A stretch of DNA of 63,869 nucleotides, counting the filler, from Acidimicrobiia bacterium (lineage in GTDB: Bacteria > Actinomycetota > Acidimicrobiia > Spongiisociales > CAZKJJ01), in assembly GCA_046759765.1 (NCBI GenBank). It is 5 parts of 5 records of this genome, joined end to end, with 100 filler letters (N's around TTAATTAATTAA, not from the genome) between each part and the next. Parts side by side here need not be neighbours in the genome. Positions count along the whole stretch, not along the records: positions 39,243 to 51,687 come from JBHICV010000062.1; positions 51,788 to 63,869 come from JBHICV010000064.1; 3 more parts are not named here. The stretch is one strand, 5' to 3'. The translations under genes and the position numbers were made by a program. Each line of letters begins with the position of its first letter. Position 1 is the stretch's first letter. Shown piece after piece: positions 43,722-53,307 of this stretch. A model generated the notes under the pieces. The model did not search any database and was not told the DNA's origin. It worked only from the letters and a program-made list of their open reading frames with translations.

Positions 43722-45233
43722 ATGGCTTCCTCCAGGAACCCCTGGGAGTCCCGTTTCGACACGGTCTTCATTACCGTGCTGTGGGTCACTCTCGCTATGG
43801 CAGTGTTCTTCGAGAACTTCCGCGAGGGATGGACGCGCGAGACGGCGGTGGCGGCGGCGACGGCGACCACCTATGTGCTCGCCTCAACCGTGATTCCTGC
43901 GAAGGTTCTCCATCGTCCCGTCCTGAGCGAGGCCGTGCCCGTGGTGGGGACGGTCCTGGTCATGATCTCGGTTGCTCTCACCGGCATCACCGACTCGATG
44001 TACCTCCTGCTCTCTCTCACCCCGGTTTTATTCGCCGCCGCCTTCGGCGGTCTCCGTCTGGGCCTGGCAACCGCGGGCCTTTCCGCCGGGCTGCTAGTCG
44101 TCCTCACACTGGGAAGCGAACCCGAGGCGGTCCCTCTCGAGGACCTGCTCCTGTGGGGAGTTCTCTACCTCATGGTGGCAGCTGCCTTCAGCCGGGCGCG
44201 ACATGTCCTCGTGGAGCTCCGGCAACAGGCCGACCAGCTTGCGTCCCGGTCCGAAGATCTCGGTCGCCAGCTCGATCGCCTGCAGAAGTCGTACGACCTG
44301 TTGACTTCGTTGTCCAAGACGGCGGAGGGCAACGAGTTGAACCCGATGGCGGTGGGCGGCACGGCATTGGACACGATCAGCTCCCACTTCTCGTTCGAAG
44401 GAGCCATTGTCGCCTTAGCCGGAGGCGACGGACCGATCGTTGTAGCCAAGCAGGGATCCGACACCGGAGAGAACTTCCAGACGATGGTTCCTCTGACCGT
44501 CCAGGACCGCCAGGTGGGGTTCGTCGTCCTGTTCACGACCGATCCCGTACCGGCCGACGATCGCTTCGAGCTGGAGGAGTATCTGCGGCCGGTAGCGCTC
44601 TCCTTTGCGAACATCCTGCTGCTGCAGGACATTGCTAAAAGAGCTGTACGCGAGGAGCGCACTCGTCTGGCCCGGGAGCTTCACGACGAGATCGGTCCCT
44701 CGCTCGCCTCCCTGGGATTAGCTCTCGACCTGGCGCTTCTTCAGCATCCAACCGAGCCCGACTTGCAGTCGCATCTTCAGGAGCTTCGGGGATCCGTTGG
44801 AACTCTCGTGGATGAGGTTCGAACCACGGTCGCCGATCTCCGAGTAACCGAGCCGGTCAGCTTGACAGTGCTGTTGCAGCGGCTCACGACCTCTCTCGGG
44901 GTTGACGGCCCCGAGGTTGATGTACAACTCGACGAACGCAGGCCGCCGCGCCCTTCGCTGGCGGAAGACCTCAGCGGGATTGTCAATGAGGCATTCCGCA
45001 ACGCGGTTCTCCACTCCGGAGCAGACAAGATCACGGTTCACGGACAAGTCGACTTCGACCGAGGTGAGGTGACCGTTCACGACGACGGTCGTGGATTCAT
45101 CCGCAGCCGGGTGCCGGACGGCCATTTCGGTCTTATGGGAATGGAAGAGAGAGCAGAGCGTTTGGGCGGCAACCTGCACATCACCAGCACGAAGGCCGGC
45201 ACCGCCGTGTCGATCACATGGGGGCCCGATTGA
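43722..45233 (+). CDS. HisKA_3 sensor histidine kinase
   Basis: N-terminal TMs; EERTRLARELHD, EAFRNAVLHS, DDGRGF, FGLMGMEERA. Confidence 0.93.
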   Translation: MASSRNPWESRFDTVFITVLWVTLAMAVFFENFREGWTRETAVAAATATTYVLASTVIPAKVLHRPVLSEAVPVVGTVLVMISVALTGITDSMYLLLSLTPVLFAAAFGGLRLGLATAGLSAGLLVVLTLGSEPEAVPLEDLLLWGVLYLMVAAAFSRARHVLVELRQQADQLASRSEDLGRQLDRLQKSYDLLTSLSKTAEGNELNPMAVGGTALDTISSHFSFEGAIVALAGGDGPIVVAKQGSDTGENFQTMVPLTVQDRQVGFVVLFTTDPVPADDRFELEEYLRPVALSFANILLLQDIAKRAVREERTRLARELHDEIGPSLASLGLALDLALLQHPTEPDLQSHLQELRGSVGTLVDEVRTTVADLRVTEPVSLTVLLQRLTTSLGVDGPEVDVQLDERRPPRPSLAEDLSGIVNEAFRNAVLHSGADKITVHGQVDFDRGEVTVHDDGRGFIRSRVPDGHFGLMGMEERAERLGGNLHITSTKAGTAVSITWGPD

Positions 45234-45859
45234 TCCGCCTCGCCATCGCCGACGATCATCGCCTTTTCCTCGATGGTCTCGTCCAGGGCCTCGAAGTAGT
45301 GCCGGACCTGACAGTCACCGGGACCGCCGAGGACGGACAGGCACTGCTCGAGCTGCTGAGCGACACCGACGTTGACGTGCTGCTCGTCGATCTAGAGATG
45401 CCCGCTTTGGGAGGCTTGGAAGCGCTTCAGAAGCTGAACCATCCGCCACCGGCAATCGTCGTCACCATGCACGCATCGGAAGAACAGCAGGAGAAAGCTC
45501 GCCAGGCCGGAGCGAGAGGCTTCCTATCGAAGTCCACTCCGTTGGAGGACGTAGCTGCGGCAGTGCGTGCAGTCGCGGCCGGTGAGCCTCTGATCGAGGC
45601 CACCGAGCCGTCTGAGATCCTCGGGCAATACCGCGATCCTTCCCTCGACCCGGGAGCGGCTGCCCTCACGCCTCGGGAGCGAGAACTGCTATCCCTGCTG
45701 GCTCGCGGGATCAGCTCGACCGATGAGATCGCAGACCGGCTCTACATCTCACGGAAGACCGTCAAGAACCACCTGGCCTCGATCTACGAGAAGTTGGCGG
45801 TGTCAGACCGTACGCAGGCTGCGGTCGAGGCGATACGGCTGGGGCTAGTCACAAAATAA
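45230..45859 (+). CDS. NarL/LuxR-family response regulator
   Basis: IADDH, DLEMP, GFLSK, LTPRE...TVKNHLASIYEKL. Confidence 0.95.
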   Translation: MIRLAIADDHRLFLDGLVQGLEVVPDLTVTGTAEDGQALLELLSDTDVDVLLVDLEMPALGGLEALQKLNHPPPAIVVTMHASEEQQEKARQAGARGFLSKSTPLEDVAAAVRAVAAGEPLIEATEPSEILGQYRDPSLDPGAAALTPRERELLSLLARGISSTDEIADRLYISRKTVKNHLASIYEKLAVSDRTQAAVEAIRLGLVTK

Positions 45860-45867
45860 CAAGTATC

Positions 45868-45926
45868 AAATAGGGCTCCCGACCTATTTACCGCCACCCA
45901 CCCTGCAATAGCTTGATCTATTGCAG
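45868..45926. promoter_or_regulatory. Two inverted repeats upstream of the flp pilins
   Basis: AAATAGG-N8-CCTATTT (45868-45889) and CTGCAATAG-N6-CTATTGCAG (45903-45926). Confidence 0.55.
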
Positions 45927-45954
45927 CAACCCATCTTGCAAGGAGGGTAGGTAA

Positions 45955-46140
45955 ATGCTGTCACTGTGGAGCAAAGTGCAGGCGTGGCTCGCGCTGCACG
46001 AGGAAAAGGGCGCCAGCATGGTGGAGTACGCACTTCTAGTCGTGCTCATTGCCATTGTGGCCATTTTGGCCATTACGTTCGCTGGCAACCAGGTTTCCGA
46101 GACTTTCTCGGAGATCGGAAGCGAGCTGGCGACTCCGTAA
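45955..46140 (+). CDS. flp: Flp family type IVb/IVc pilin
   Basis: EEKG|ASMVEYALL prepilin motif and hydrophobic helix; SD AAGGAGG. Confidence 0.93.
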   Translation: MLSLWSKVQAWLALHEEKGASMVEYALLVVLIAIVAILAITFAGNQVSETFSEIGSELATP

Positions 46141-46164
46141 GGACCGCCACTGGTAGGCAGGACG

Positions 46165-46317
46165 TTGCTCAGATTCTTTAACCAAGACTCGGGCGCCAAC
46201 CTCATCGAGTACGGACTCCTGATTCTCCTGATCGCGATCGTGGCACTCGTGGCCGTCGCCTTCGCCGGAGAACAGAATTCCACACTCTGGAGTGAGGTGG
46301 CCAGCTCGCTGAACTAG
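46165..46317 (+). CDS. flp: Second Flp family pilin (50 aa, missing from ORF track)
   Basis: MLRFFNQDSG|ANLIEYGLLILLIAIVALVAVAFAGEQNSTLWSEVASSLN. Confidence 0.85.
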   Translation: MLRFFNQDSGANLIEYGLLILLIAIVALVAVAFAGEQNSTLWSEVASSLN

Positions 46318-46340
46318 CAGCGTCCGGATACCAAGCATTT

Positions 46341-46367
46341 AAGAGGCCCCGGCATCGGGGCCTCTTT
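46341..46367. terminator. Intrinsic, likely bidirectional terminator
   Basis: AAGAGGCCCCG-GCAT-CGGGGCCTCTTT between convergent flp and tad operons. Confidence 0.8.
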
Positions 46368-46368
46368 G

Positions 46369-47733
46369 CTATGGGCGCACGAACAGCACGAACTCGTCGT
46401 CCCGGAACGCCTCACTCCACCCTTGGGCGGGAAGGGCGGCGACCAGCCCGTCGGAGGTCCGCGCCAGCACCTCCTGTATCCCCCATTCATCGAGGACTGC
46501 TTCCCATCCGGGTCGTGCGTTGCGCACCGAGATGAACTCTTCGAAGAATTCCTCGCCGTATAGCTCGGCACGGTCATCGACATAGACCGACTCTCCTCGC
46601 CAGATGAGAAACCCCCCCGTGACGTCGTCATGGAAGATCCGCTCCGAGGTCAGATGCTCGGAGGCTGCTACTGGGAACCTCGTGTGGCTCAGCCCGGCAA
46701 ACGAGACTACAACCAGCGGAACTATCACCATCCCCGCCGCCAGAACCCAGTGCACTATCGCGCGCGGACGCCCTGGGTCGCGAGTTCTCCTCGCCGATGG
46801 CTCCGGCCAGGCCAGGAGTGCCCAGGGGAGGACGACGATCAGGGCCGGAAACAGCGCTCTGGCCGAGGTCAGCCCGAATAAGACGAACGGAACCGGTACC
46901 CAGAGATCTCTGAGGCTGAGACGGCCCCGGGCTGCCGCGACGAGAAGGCCGACGAGTAGCAGCACGTAGGGAAACTGACCCGGCCTGGTCACGTTGGGAG
47001 GCGCCCACTCCGTGATCAGCTCGAGGGCGCCACGGTTTTGAAAGAAATCCCACAGAGTCGACCAGATGGCAAGGCCATGCGCCGTCAGGCTGGCCGCCAG
47101 AGTGGCGGCGGCTAGGTCCCCCAGGCGTCGCCGATCACGGGTGCGAACGCCTTCCAGGGCAATCAACCCCAGGCCGAGGACAAAGGAGCCGTGTATGGCG
47201 GCCCAGAGCCATATGACCAGCGGGAGCGCCCACCGTGCCCTGAGGTCAAGCAGAACCACCAGCAGAGCCAGCAGCACATACGAGAGCAGCACGGGACGCG
47301 GCGAGAAGTACGAGAGTCCCAGCCAAAGTGCGACGAGAAGTCCGGCCGCCACCGCTACGTAGCGGTGGGTCCGGCGGTAGGAAGCGACGCCCACCAGAAC
47401 GAGCGTCAGCGACGCGGCAGCAATCACCAGCCAGGGTACGAAGTCCAGACCGAACCAACTCTCCAGGCGTCCGTAGACGAGCTCAGCCAGCCAGGACTGT
47501 GTCCGCCAATCGGCGCCCCCGAACGTGAAGGAGAAGGGATCTTGCCGTAGCACTTCTCCTCCCTGAAGCTGGAGCTCTCCGGCGCGGACGTGCCAGAGGA
47601 ACGAGTTGTCTCGGATCGGCCGGTGGGCCGCCACGACGATCCCGACCCACGGAACCAGCAGCAGCAGATGCAAGACGTTGAGTCGCTGCCAGGCGGGCGG
47701 CGCTCCGGAGGTCGCCTCCTTGGTGGCCGGCAC
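46369..47733 (-). CDS. Polytopic membrane protein, GT-C-like
   Basis: DNSFLWHVRAG...DPFSFT...QSWL, PRP, WAAIHGSF, ITEW, VDDRAELY. Confidence 0.65.
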   Translation of the reverse strand: MPATKEATSGAPPAWQRLNVLHLLLLVPWVGIVVAAHRPIRDNSFLWHVRAGELQLQGGEVLRQDPFSFTFGGADWRTQSWLAELVYGRLESWFGLDFVPWLVIAAASLTLVLVGVASYRRTHRYVAVAAGLLVALWLGLSYFSPRPVLLSYVLLALLVVLLDLRARWALPLVIWLWAAIHGSFVLGLGLIALEGVRTRDRRRLGDLAAATLAASLTAHGLAIWSTLWDFFQNRGALELITEWAPPNVTRPGQFPYVLLLVGLLVAAARGRLSLRDLWVPVPFVLFGLTSARALFPALIVVLPWALLAWPEPSARRTRDPGRPRAIVHWVLAAGMVIVPLVVVSFAGLSHTRFPVAASEHLTSERIFHDDVTGGFLIWRGESVYVDDRAELYGEEFFEEFISVRNARPGWEAVLDEWGIQEVLARTSDGLVAALPAQGWSEAFRDDEFVLFVRP

Positions 47734-47737
47734 CGGC

Positions 47738-48667
47738 CTAGAGGCCGACCAGGGTCTCGTAGATCTTGATGGCCGCCGGGCCCAACAGGACGATGAACAG
47801 CGCGGGGAAGATGCAGAACACCAACGGGAACACCATCTTCACCGGTGCCGCGAATGCCTTCTCCTGGGCGCGTTGGCGCCGCTTGACGCGCATCTCGTCG
47901 GCCTGGACACGAAGCACTCTCGCGATCGCTACACCGAAGGCTTCCGCTTGCATCATCGCCAACAGGAACGATCTCAGCTCGTCGAGATCCGTGCGATCCA
48001 TCAAGTGACGCATCGCCTCCCGGCGCGAAATACCGACTCTGGTCTCCTGCAGCATGCGGAAGAACTCCTCCGACAAGGGTCCGGGAACGGTTCCGACCAC
48101 CCTGGCCAAAGCGGCATCGAACCCGAGGCCCGCTTCGACGGAGATGACCAGCAGGTCGAGAATGTCGGGAAGCTGTCTGCGCATGGCTTCTCGGCGCTGG
48201 TCAATCCGCCGGTTCAGCACTACATCAGGTCCGAAGAACCCCAGTGCGACGGTTAGCCCAAAGAACAACACTCCTTTGAAGCTCAAGATGTTGATCTTCA
48301 GATCGAAAAAGGCCACGGCCACAAACCACACGATGAGAGCACCGATAGTCGTCAGGAATTTGACGACGGCCCACGCGTTGGCGTCGAGATTGCCCGGGCT
48401 GCCGGCATAGACAAGGCGTTTGTTGGTCCTCTGCCCCCAACCGACCGGTGTGAACCGGGCCAGGAACCCTCCGGTCCGCACGACTATCGGAGCGAAAAAC
48501 CGCTGCGCGACCGGAAGCCTCAGAGTCTCCTCACGGCTCGCATCGACGGCGAGACCTGCGGACTCCTGTTCCTTTCGCCTCGCCAGCAGCACCCCGTTGC
48601 CGAGGTAGAACGCCAGCGCGGCGGTGGCCACGCCTACTGCCAGAACGGGAAATAGCTTCGGATCCAT
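47738..48667 (-). CDS. tadC: Tad pilus platform protein TadC (T2SSF)
   Basis: LPDILDLLVISVEAGLGFDAAL, APVKMVFPLVFCIFP. Confidence 0.92.
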   Translation of the reverse strand: MDPKLFPVLAVGVATAALAFYLGNGVLLARRKEQESAGLAVDASREETLRLPVAQRFFAPIVVRTGGFLARFTPVGWGQRTNKRLVYAGSPGNLDANAWAVVKFLTTIGALIVWFVAVAFFDLKINILSFKGVLFFGLTVALGFFGPDVVLNRRIDQRREAMRRQLPDILDLLVISVEAGLGFDAALARVVGTVPGPLSEEFFRMLQETRVGISRREAMRHLMDRTDLDELRSFLLAMMQAEAFGVAIARVLRVQADEMRVKRRQRAQEKAFAAPVKMVFPLVFCIFPALFIVLLGPAAIKIYETLVGL

Positions 48668-50620
48668 TTAGACCTCGATGTCGACGATCTTGCTGAGCCA
48701 ATACCCGCCGATCAGCATCAGAGCCGCACCGACGCCGATCGCTACCCAGCCGGCCGTCGATGTGATCAGCGGCTGGAGGTAGCTCGGATTGGTGACAAAC
48801 AGAAAGGCAAACAGAGCGAAGGGCATGAGGCCCAGAACCAGAGCTGAGATGCGTCCCTCGGCCGTCAGAGCCTTGATCTCCCCGCGCAGGCGATTTCGCT
48901 GCCGCATCGTGTCGGCAACGATGTTGAGGACCTCGGCGAGGTTTCCGCCGACTTCCCGCTGGATCTCGATCGACATGACCGCCCAGCTGAAGTCCTCGGA
49001 CTGCATCCGCTCGGCGATACCGTCGAGCGAGTCGACTACTGGCCGCCCTAGGCGAGCTTCGGAGATGGCCCGGCCGAACTCTCGCGAAGTCGGCGACGGT
49101 GCTTCAGCCGCCACCGCCTCCACGGCCTGGAGGAGCGAGTAGCCGGCCCGCAGAGACGTGGAGATCAGGGTTAGCGTGTCCGGCAGCTGGTCCTCGAACT
49201 TGCGCTTCTCCCTGTGTCCGAAGTATCGAATCAGGGCGAAGGCGCTCATGACTGCGACTACGAACGCAATCACTGCCCACACGATGCTCTGCGTGAGGCC
49301 TCCGAGGACGATGCCGACCAACACGCTGATCCCGAGCGCGGCGGCGAGCGCCTCCCCGGGACGCAGGGCAATGTCGGCCTGCTCAAGGGCGGAATTGATG
49401 CCGCTGAGCAGTCCTCGGCTTCTCGCTACCTGCTCGGCTCGCTCGGTGAATACCTTGAGGAAGCCGAGGCGAGCGATTAGGCCCTTCTTGTCATCCGAGG
49501 CCTCGCCCCGGCCTCGACCATAGGCCTGGAGTCTCTGGCGAAACGAAGAGGCTGCGTCCTCGGTCTGCGGCCTGACGAGGATCATCACGAAGACTGCGGT
49601 CGCGATGACCACTGCGGCCGTGCCGACCAGTCGCAGCATGCTCATGTCTACCGGCGAGCTGGAAGAGATGGTGAAGGGCACGACTTCCGGGACGGTGACC
49701 TCGACCTGCCCGGGCGCAACGTAGTCGTCCGGAATGAAGCCGGGGACTTCTGTCACGTTCGTAGCGGACAGCGTTCCGTAGCTGACGCCCACGGTGAGGT
49801 CTCCGGCCGTAGTCTGGGTGGCCTCCCATCGAACCACGAGCGTGTTGTCGAGCTCCTGCTGAACTTGGCCGTAGAGCGCACTCAGCTCGGCAGGATCAGT
49901 GGTCGTGAGGAGGTCGTCTAGTGTCGTCACCAGCTCCGTGAGCGGAGCGAGGTTGAGCTCCTCGCTCTCGAGCGCGACCGCGAAGGTTCTGACCTCCTGG
50001 TCCAAAACGGCCTGTTTAGCCTCCTCGAGGGCGGCGACGCTATCGGTGTCGTTTCCGTCGGTGAGGAGAATCATGTTGCGCTGGAGGCGCTCCGCGTCAC
50101 CGGAGTACATAGCTGCGGAAAGCACGACGGCGTCGTAGAGGGCCGTACCGCCGCCCGCCTGGAGCTCATCGATGCGAGAAAGCAGCGTGGCCTGTGAGGT
50201 GGTGAACCCCGACCGGATCTCTACCAAATCATGGAAGGCCACCAGCGCGATGTAATCCTGATCGCGCTTCTGCGTGACGAAGCTGCGTGCAGCCGCCTTG
50301 GCTTCGTCGAGGGGTGGCCCGGCCATGCTGCCGGAGATGTCGATCGCGAGGACGATCCCTACCGGCAGAGTGGTTTCCGAGACCCGCTCAACCGTCCGGT
50401 CGGATACGGCGGTGCCATTCTCCGTCACCACGACTTGATCCAGCTCGACCGCGGTGACGTTTCGTACCTCTACCACAGCCTGCATGGACGGGTAGCGGAG
50501 GGTTATGAGATCGGTGATCTCGAGTTCGCCCTGCGCTTCCTGGGCGAGGGCGGGCAAGGCGCCCGCCGATAGCAGGGCTAGACATCCCGCAAGAACGCCT
50601 ACGGGTCGCGCTCGGTTCAT
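48668..50620 (-). CDS. tadB: VWA domain-TadB fusion
   Basis: MIDAS DISGS...TALYDA...LLTDG; C-terminal LPDTL...LRAGYSL...QREVGGNLAEVL. Confidence 0.9.
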   Translation of the reverse strand: MNRARPVGVLAGCLALLSAGALPALAQEAQGELEITDLITLRYPSMQAVVEVRNVTAVELDQVVVTENGTAVSDRTVERVSETTLPVGIVLAIDISGSMAGPPLDEAKAAARSFVTQKRDQDYIALVAFHDLVEIRSGFTTSQATLLSRIDELQAGGGTALYDAVVLSAAMYSGDAERLQRNMILLTDGNDTDSVAALEEAKQAVLDQEVRTFAVALESEELNLAPLTELVTTLDDLLTTTDPAELSALYGQVQQELDNTLVVRWEATQTTAGDLTVGVSYGTLSATNVTEVPGFIPDDYVAPGQVEVTVPEVVPFTISSSSPVDMSMLRLVGTAAVVIATAVFVMILVRPQTEDAASSFRQRLQAYGRGRGEASDDKKGLIARLGFLKVFTERAEQVARSRGLLSGINSALEQADIALRPGEALAAALGISVLVGIVLGGLTQSIVWAVIAFVVAVMSAFALIRYFGHREKRKFEDQLPDTLTLISTSLRAGYSLLQAVEAVAAEAPSPTSREFGRAISEARLGRPVVDSLDGIAERMQSEDFSWAVMSIEIQREVGGNLAEVLNIVADTMRQRNRLRGEIKALTAEGRISALVLGLMPFALFAFLFVTNPSYLQPLITSTAGWVAIGVGAALMLIGGYWLSKIVDIEV

Positions 50621-51687
50621 CGGGAAACGCCCGAGAACTGGTCGCCTCGCCTCGCGAATGGCTCCGGCTTGAACAGGTCGGTCGGAAGCTTGAAGCCCTG
50701 ATCGGCCAGCTTGCCGCTGAACGTCGGACGGATACCGGTCGCCTTCAGCCGACCCAGATACTGGCCGTCCTCGTCGACGCCCATCCCGAAGTCGAACAGG
50801 AACAGATCCTGAAGGGTGATGACGTCACCCTCCATGCCCTCGACCTCGGTCACGTGGGTGATGCGCCGCGTTCCGTCCCGGAGACGGGAAATATGGACCA
50901 GTAGATCCACAGCCGAGGCGATCTGCTCTCGAATCGCCCGGACAGGCAGATCGAATCCGGCCATCAGGACCATGGTCTCGACCCGCGCCAGTGTGTCTCT
51001 AGGCGAGTTGGAGTGGATCGTCGTCAGGGACCCGTCGTGGCCGGTGTTCATGGCCTGGAGCATGTCGAGTGCCTCACCGCCACGAGCCTCACCTACGACG
51101 ATACGGTCCGGCCTCATACGCAGCGCGTTACGGACCAAGTCCCTGATTGTGATCTCGCCTCGACCCTCCAGGTTGGGCGGTCTCGACTCGAGGCTGAGCA
51201 CGTGCTGCTGGTGCAGCTGCAACTCGGCGGCGTCCTCGATCGTGACGATACGCTCGTCTTCCGGCAGGTATCCGGAGAGCACGTTGAGGGTGGTGGTCTT
51301 ACCGGTTCCGGTACCGCCGCCCACGATGACGTTCAGTCGACCCCTCACGCACTGGCGGAGGAAGTCAGCGACCGGCTGGCTGATCGTGCCGAACTCGATG
51401 AGATCCTGCTCGGTGAATGGATCGACCGCGAATTTACGGATCGTGAGGAACGGCCCGCCGATGGCGAGTGGGTGCACGATCGCGTTTACGCGGGAACCGT
51501 CGGGAAGGCGGGCGTCGACCATGGGGGTCGACTCGTCGACTCGGCGTCCGACCTGACCCACGATCTTGTCGATTATTCGACGCAGGTGAGTCTCATCGAC
51601 AAAGCGAGCCTGTGCCAGCTCGATCTTCCCGAAGCGCTCGATGAAGACCTGATGCGGCCCGTTGACCATGACCTCCGTCACTTCCGG
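50617..51687 (-). CDS. cpaF: Tad pilus ATPase CpaF/TadA, 5' truncated
   Basis: GGTGTGKTT, IEDAAEL, LRMRPDRIVVGE, AMNTGHDGS. Confidence 0.95.
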   Translation of the reverse strand, partial: PEVTEVMVNGPHQVFIERFGKIELAQARFVDETHLRRIIDKIVGQVGRRVDESTPMVDARLPDGSRVNAIVHPLAIGGPFLTIRKFAVDPFTEQDLIEFGTISQPVADFLRQCVRGRLNVIVGGGTGTGKTTTLNVLSGYLPEDERIVTIEDAAELQLHQQHVLSLESRPPNLEGRGEITIRDLVRNALRMRPDRIVVGEARGGEALDMLQAMNTGHDGSLTTIHSNSPRDTLARVETMVLMAGFDLPVRAIREQIASAVDLLVHISRLRDGTRRITHVTEVEGMEGDVITLQDLFLFDFGMGVDEDGQYLGRLKATGIRPTFSGKLADQGFKLPTDLFKPEPFARRGDQFSGVSR

Positions 51688-51787
51688 NNNNNNNNNNNNN
51701 NNNNNNNNNNNNNNNNNNNNNNNNNNNNNNNTTAATTAATTAANNNNNNNNNNNNNNNNNNNNNNNNNNNNNNNNNNNNNNNNNNNN
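51688..51787. other. Artificial contig linker
   Basis: N44-TTAATTAATTAA-N44. Confidence 0.99.
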
Positions 51788-51966
51788 CACTCGGTCGGCT
51801 CGACCAGTGGGCCGAATCACATGCCGCGTTGGCTCTCCTTTGCTCGGGGCACGACCGAGCGTCGGCGTCGGCAGAGAAATTCCGAGATTTCTGGCTGGAG
51901 CGCAGGGCAGTGAATCTTGTGGAGACGTTCGATCGCCTCTACGAGAAGGCTCAGGCTTCGACCTGA
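51788..51966 (+). CDS. C-terminal fragment of an unidentified helical protein
   Basis: Open frame from contig start: LGRLDQWAESHAAL...FDRLYEKAQAST*. Confidence 0.4.
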
Positions 51967-51967
51967 C

Positions 51968-52393
51968 CTAGCCGAGCGGACTGGTGTAGCAGAGGGCTGT
52001 GCCCTCCAGCACAATCGTGCCGTCATCCCGGGTCACGTGCGTGGCCAGCTTGGTGATCGGCTTGTCCTCCCGCACTTCGACCACCTTGACCTTTCCGGTG
52101 ATGGTGTCGCCCGGACGAACCGGGGCCAGGAAGCTCCAGTCAACCTGTAGGAACACCGTCCCGGGCCCGGGGAGATCTTCCGCTACCACCCCGTTGAGGA
52201 TGGCAGTCGTAACGCCACCTTGCACGATTATCTCCCCGAACCGAGAGCTTTTGGCGGCCTCCACGTCATAGTGCAACGGGTTGCGATCGCCCGACATCTC
52301 GGTGAACAGCTCGATGTCGTGCTCCGTGACCTGCCGGGACCGCTCCGCAGTCTGGCCGACCCCGGGAGGCGATACTGCCCAGCCTTCGCCCAT
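51968..52393 (-). CDS. MaoC-family (R)-hydratase
   Basis: SGDRNPLHYD, LPGPGTVF, FLAPVRPGD. Confidence 0.92.
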   Translation of the reverse strand: MGEGWAVSPPGVGQTAERSRQVTEHDIELFTEMSGDRNPLHYDVEAAKSSRFGEIIVQGGVTTAILNGVVAEDLPGPGTVFLQVDWSFLAPVRPGDTITGKVKVVEVREDKPITKLATHVTRDDGTIVLEGTALCYTSPLG

Positions 52394-52497
52394 CGGAGTC
52401 CACCCTAGGTCGCGAATACTTTCCGTCGCCTACCCGACAAAAGGTCGTCCGCATCATTGAGACGCGGCCCAGATCGTCGATAATGTCATCGAACGCG

Positions 52498-53244
52498 ATG
52501 GCTCGCCATAGGAAACCTCCCAGCGTGATCAGGTCCGTCGGCTTGCGCGCCACGCTGGTCGGCGCCTTCGTGGTGGTAGTGGCCGGAGCCGGCAGCGCTT
52601 ACGAAGTCCAACCCGCCGACGTCGTCGAGTCACCGGCGCCACTGAACAACGCGGTGACGAGCCCTGATGTGCTGGCGGTCACGGCCGGGCTCGATCCCAC
52701 CCTGAAGAGGGCCTTCGATATCAGGTACGGGCTCATGTACGTGACGCCTCCGGTCTTCGGACCCTTCTTCCCCCAGTGGGCTCTCCTCGAGACGCCACAG
52801 CAGCTCGCCGGCGCGGTGCAGCCGATCAAGTTTCCCCCGGTACCAGCCGACACGGGTTCGGGTCGCAGAATCGTCTACGACAAGTCCGATCAACGGATAT
52901 GGATAATCAGTGAGACGGAGCGGGTTCTCGACTCCTACTTGGTCTCCGGGAAGCTGAGTGAGCCGCGACCGGGCACCTATCGGGTCTACTCCAAGTCGCC
53001 CAACGCCGTGGCCTTCTACCAAGGCATCACGATGAAATGGATGGTCCGATTTGCTTACGGCTCGGTCAATGGCATCTCGATCGGTTTCCACGACCTGCCG
53101 CTGTACGCCGACGGCACGCCAATGATGACCCACGAGCAATTCGGGACTCCGCTTTCGGGCGGCTGTGTCCGTCAACCGGACCACAAGGCCCGGTCCCTCT
53201 ATGCCTGGGCCGACATCGGCACGACGGTGGTGGTCCAGCCCTAG
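52498..53244 (+). CDS. L,D-transpeptidase (YkuD) family protein
   Basis: PGTYRVYSK, IGFHDLP...SGGCVR catalytic His/Cys; TTGAGA-N16-GATAAT upstream. Confidence 0.85.
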   Translation: MARHRKPPSVIRSVGLRATLVGAFVVVVAGAGSAYEVQPADVVESPAPLNNAVTSPDVLAVTAGLDPTLKRAFDIRYGLMYVTPPVFGPFFPQWALLETPQQLAGAVQPIKFPPVPADTGSGRRIVYDKSDQRIWIISETERVLDSYLVSGKLSEPRPGTYRVYSKSPNAVAFYQGITMKWMVRFAYGSVNGISIGFHDLPLYADGTPMMTHEQFGTPLSGGCVRQPDHKARSLYAWADIGTTVVVQP

Positions 53245-53252
53245 CCCGTCCC

Positions 53253-53303
53253 CGTTTCTGTCAATGTGAGCCGCGCTTTTCGCGGCTGAGATTGACAAGA
53301 ACG
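53253..53303. repeat. Structured intergenic palindromic repeat, copy 2
   Basis: CGTTTCTGTCAAT-GTG-AGCCGCG-CTTTT-CGCGGCT-GAG-ATTGACAAGAACG. Confidence 0.75.
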
Positions 53304-53307
53304 CCGT

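Noticed and set aside
48668..50620. VWA-TadB fusion as a novelty
   Set aside because: This fusion is common in actinobacterial tad loci.
52471..52484. AGATCGTCGATAAT resembling the GntR operator at 5274-5287
   Set aside because: Only a half-site, on another contig, and it coincides with the probable -10 element of the L,D-transpeptidase gene.
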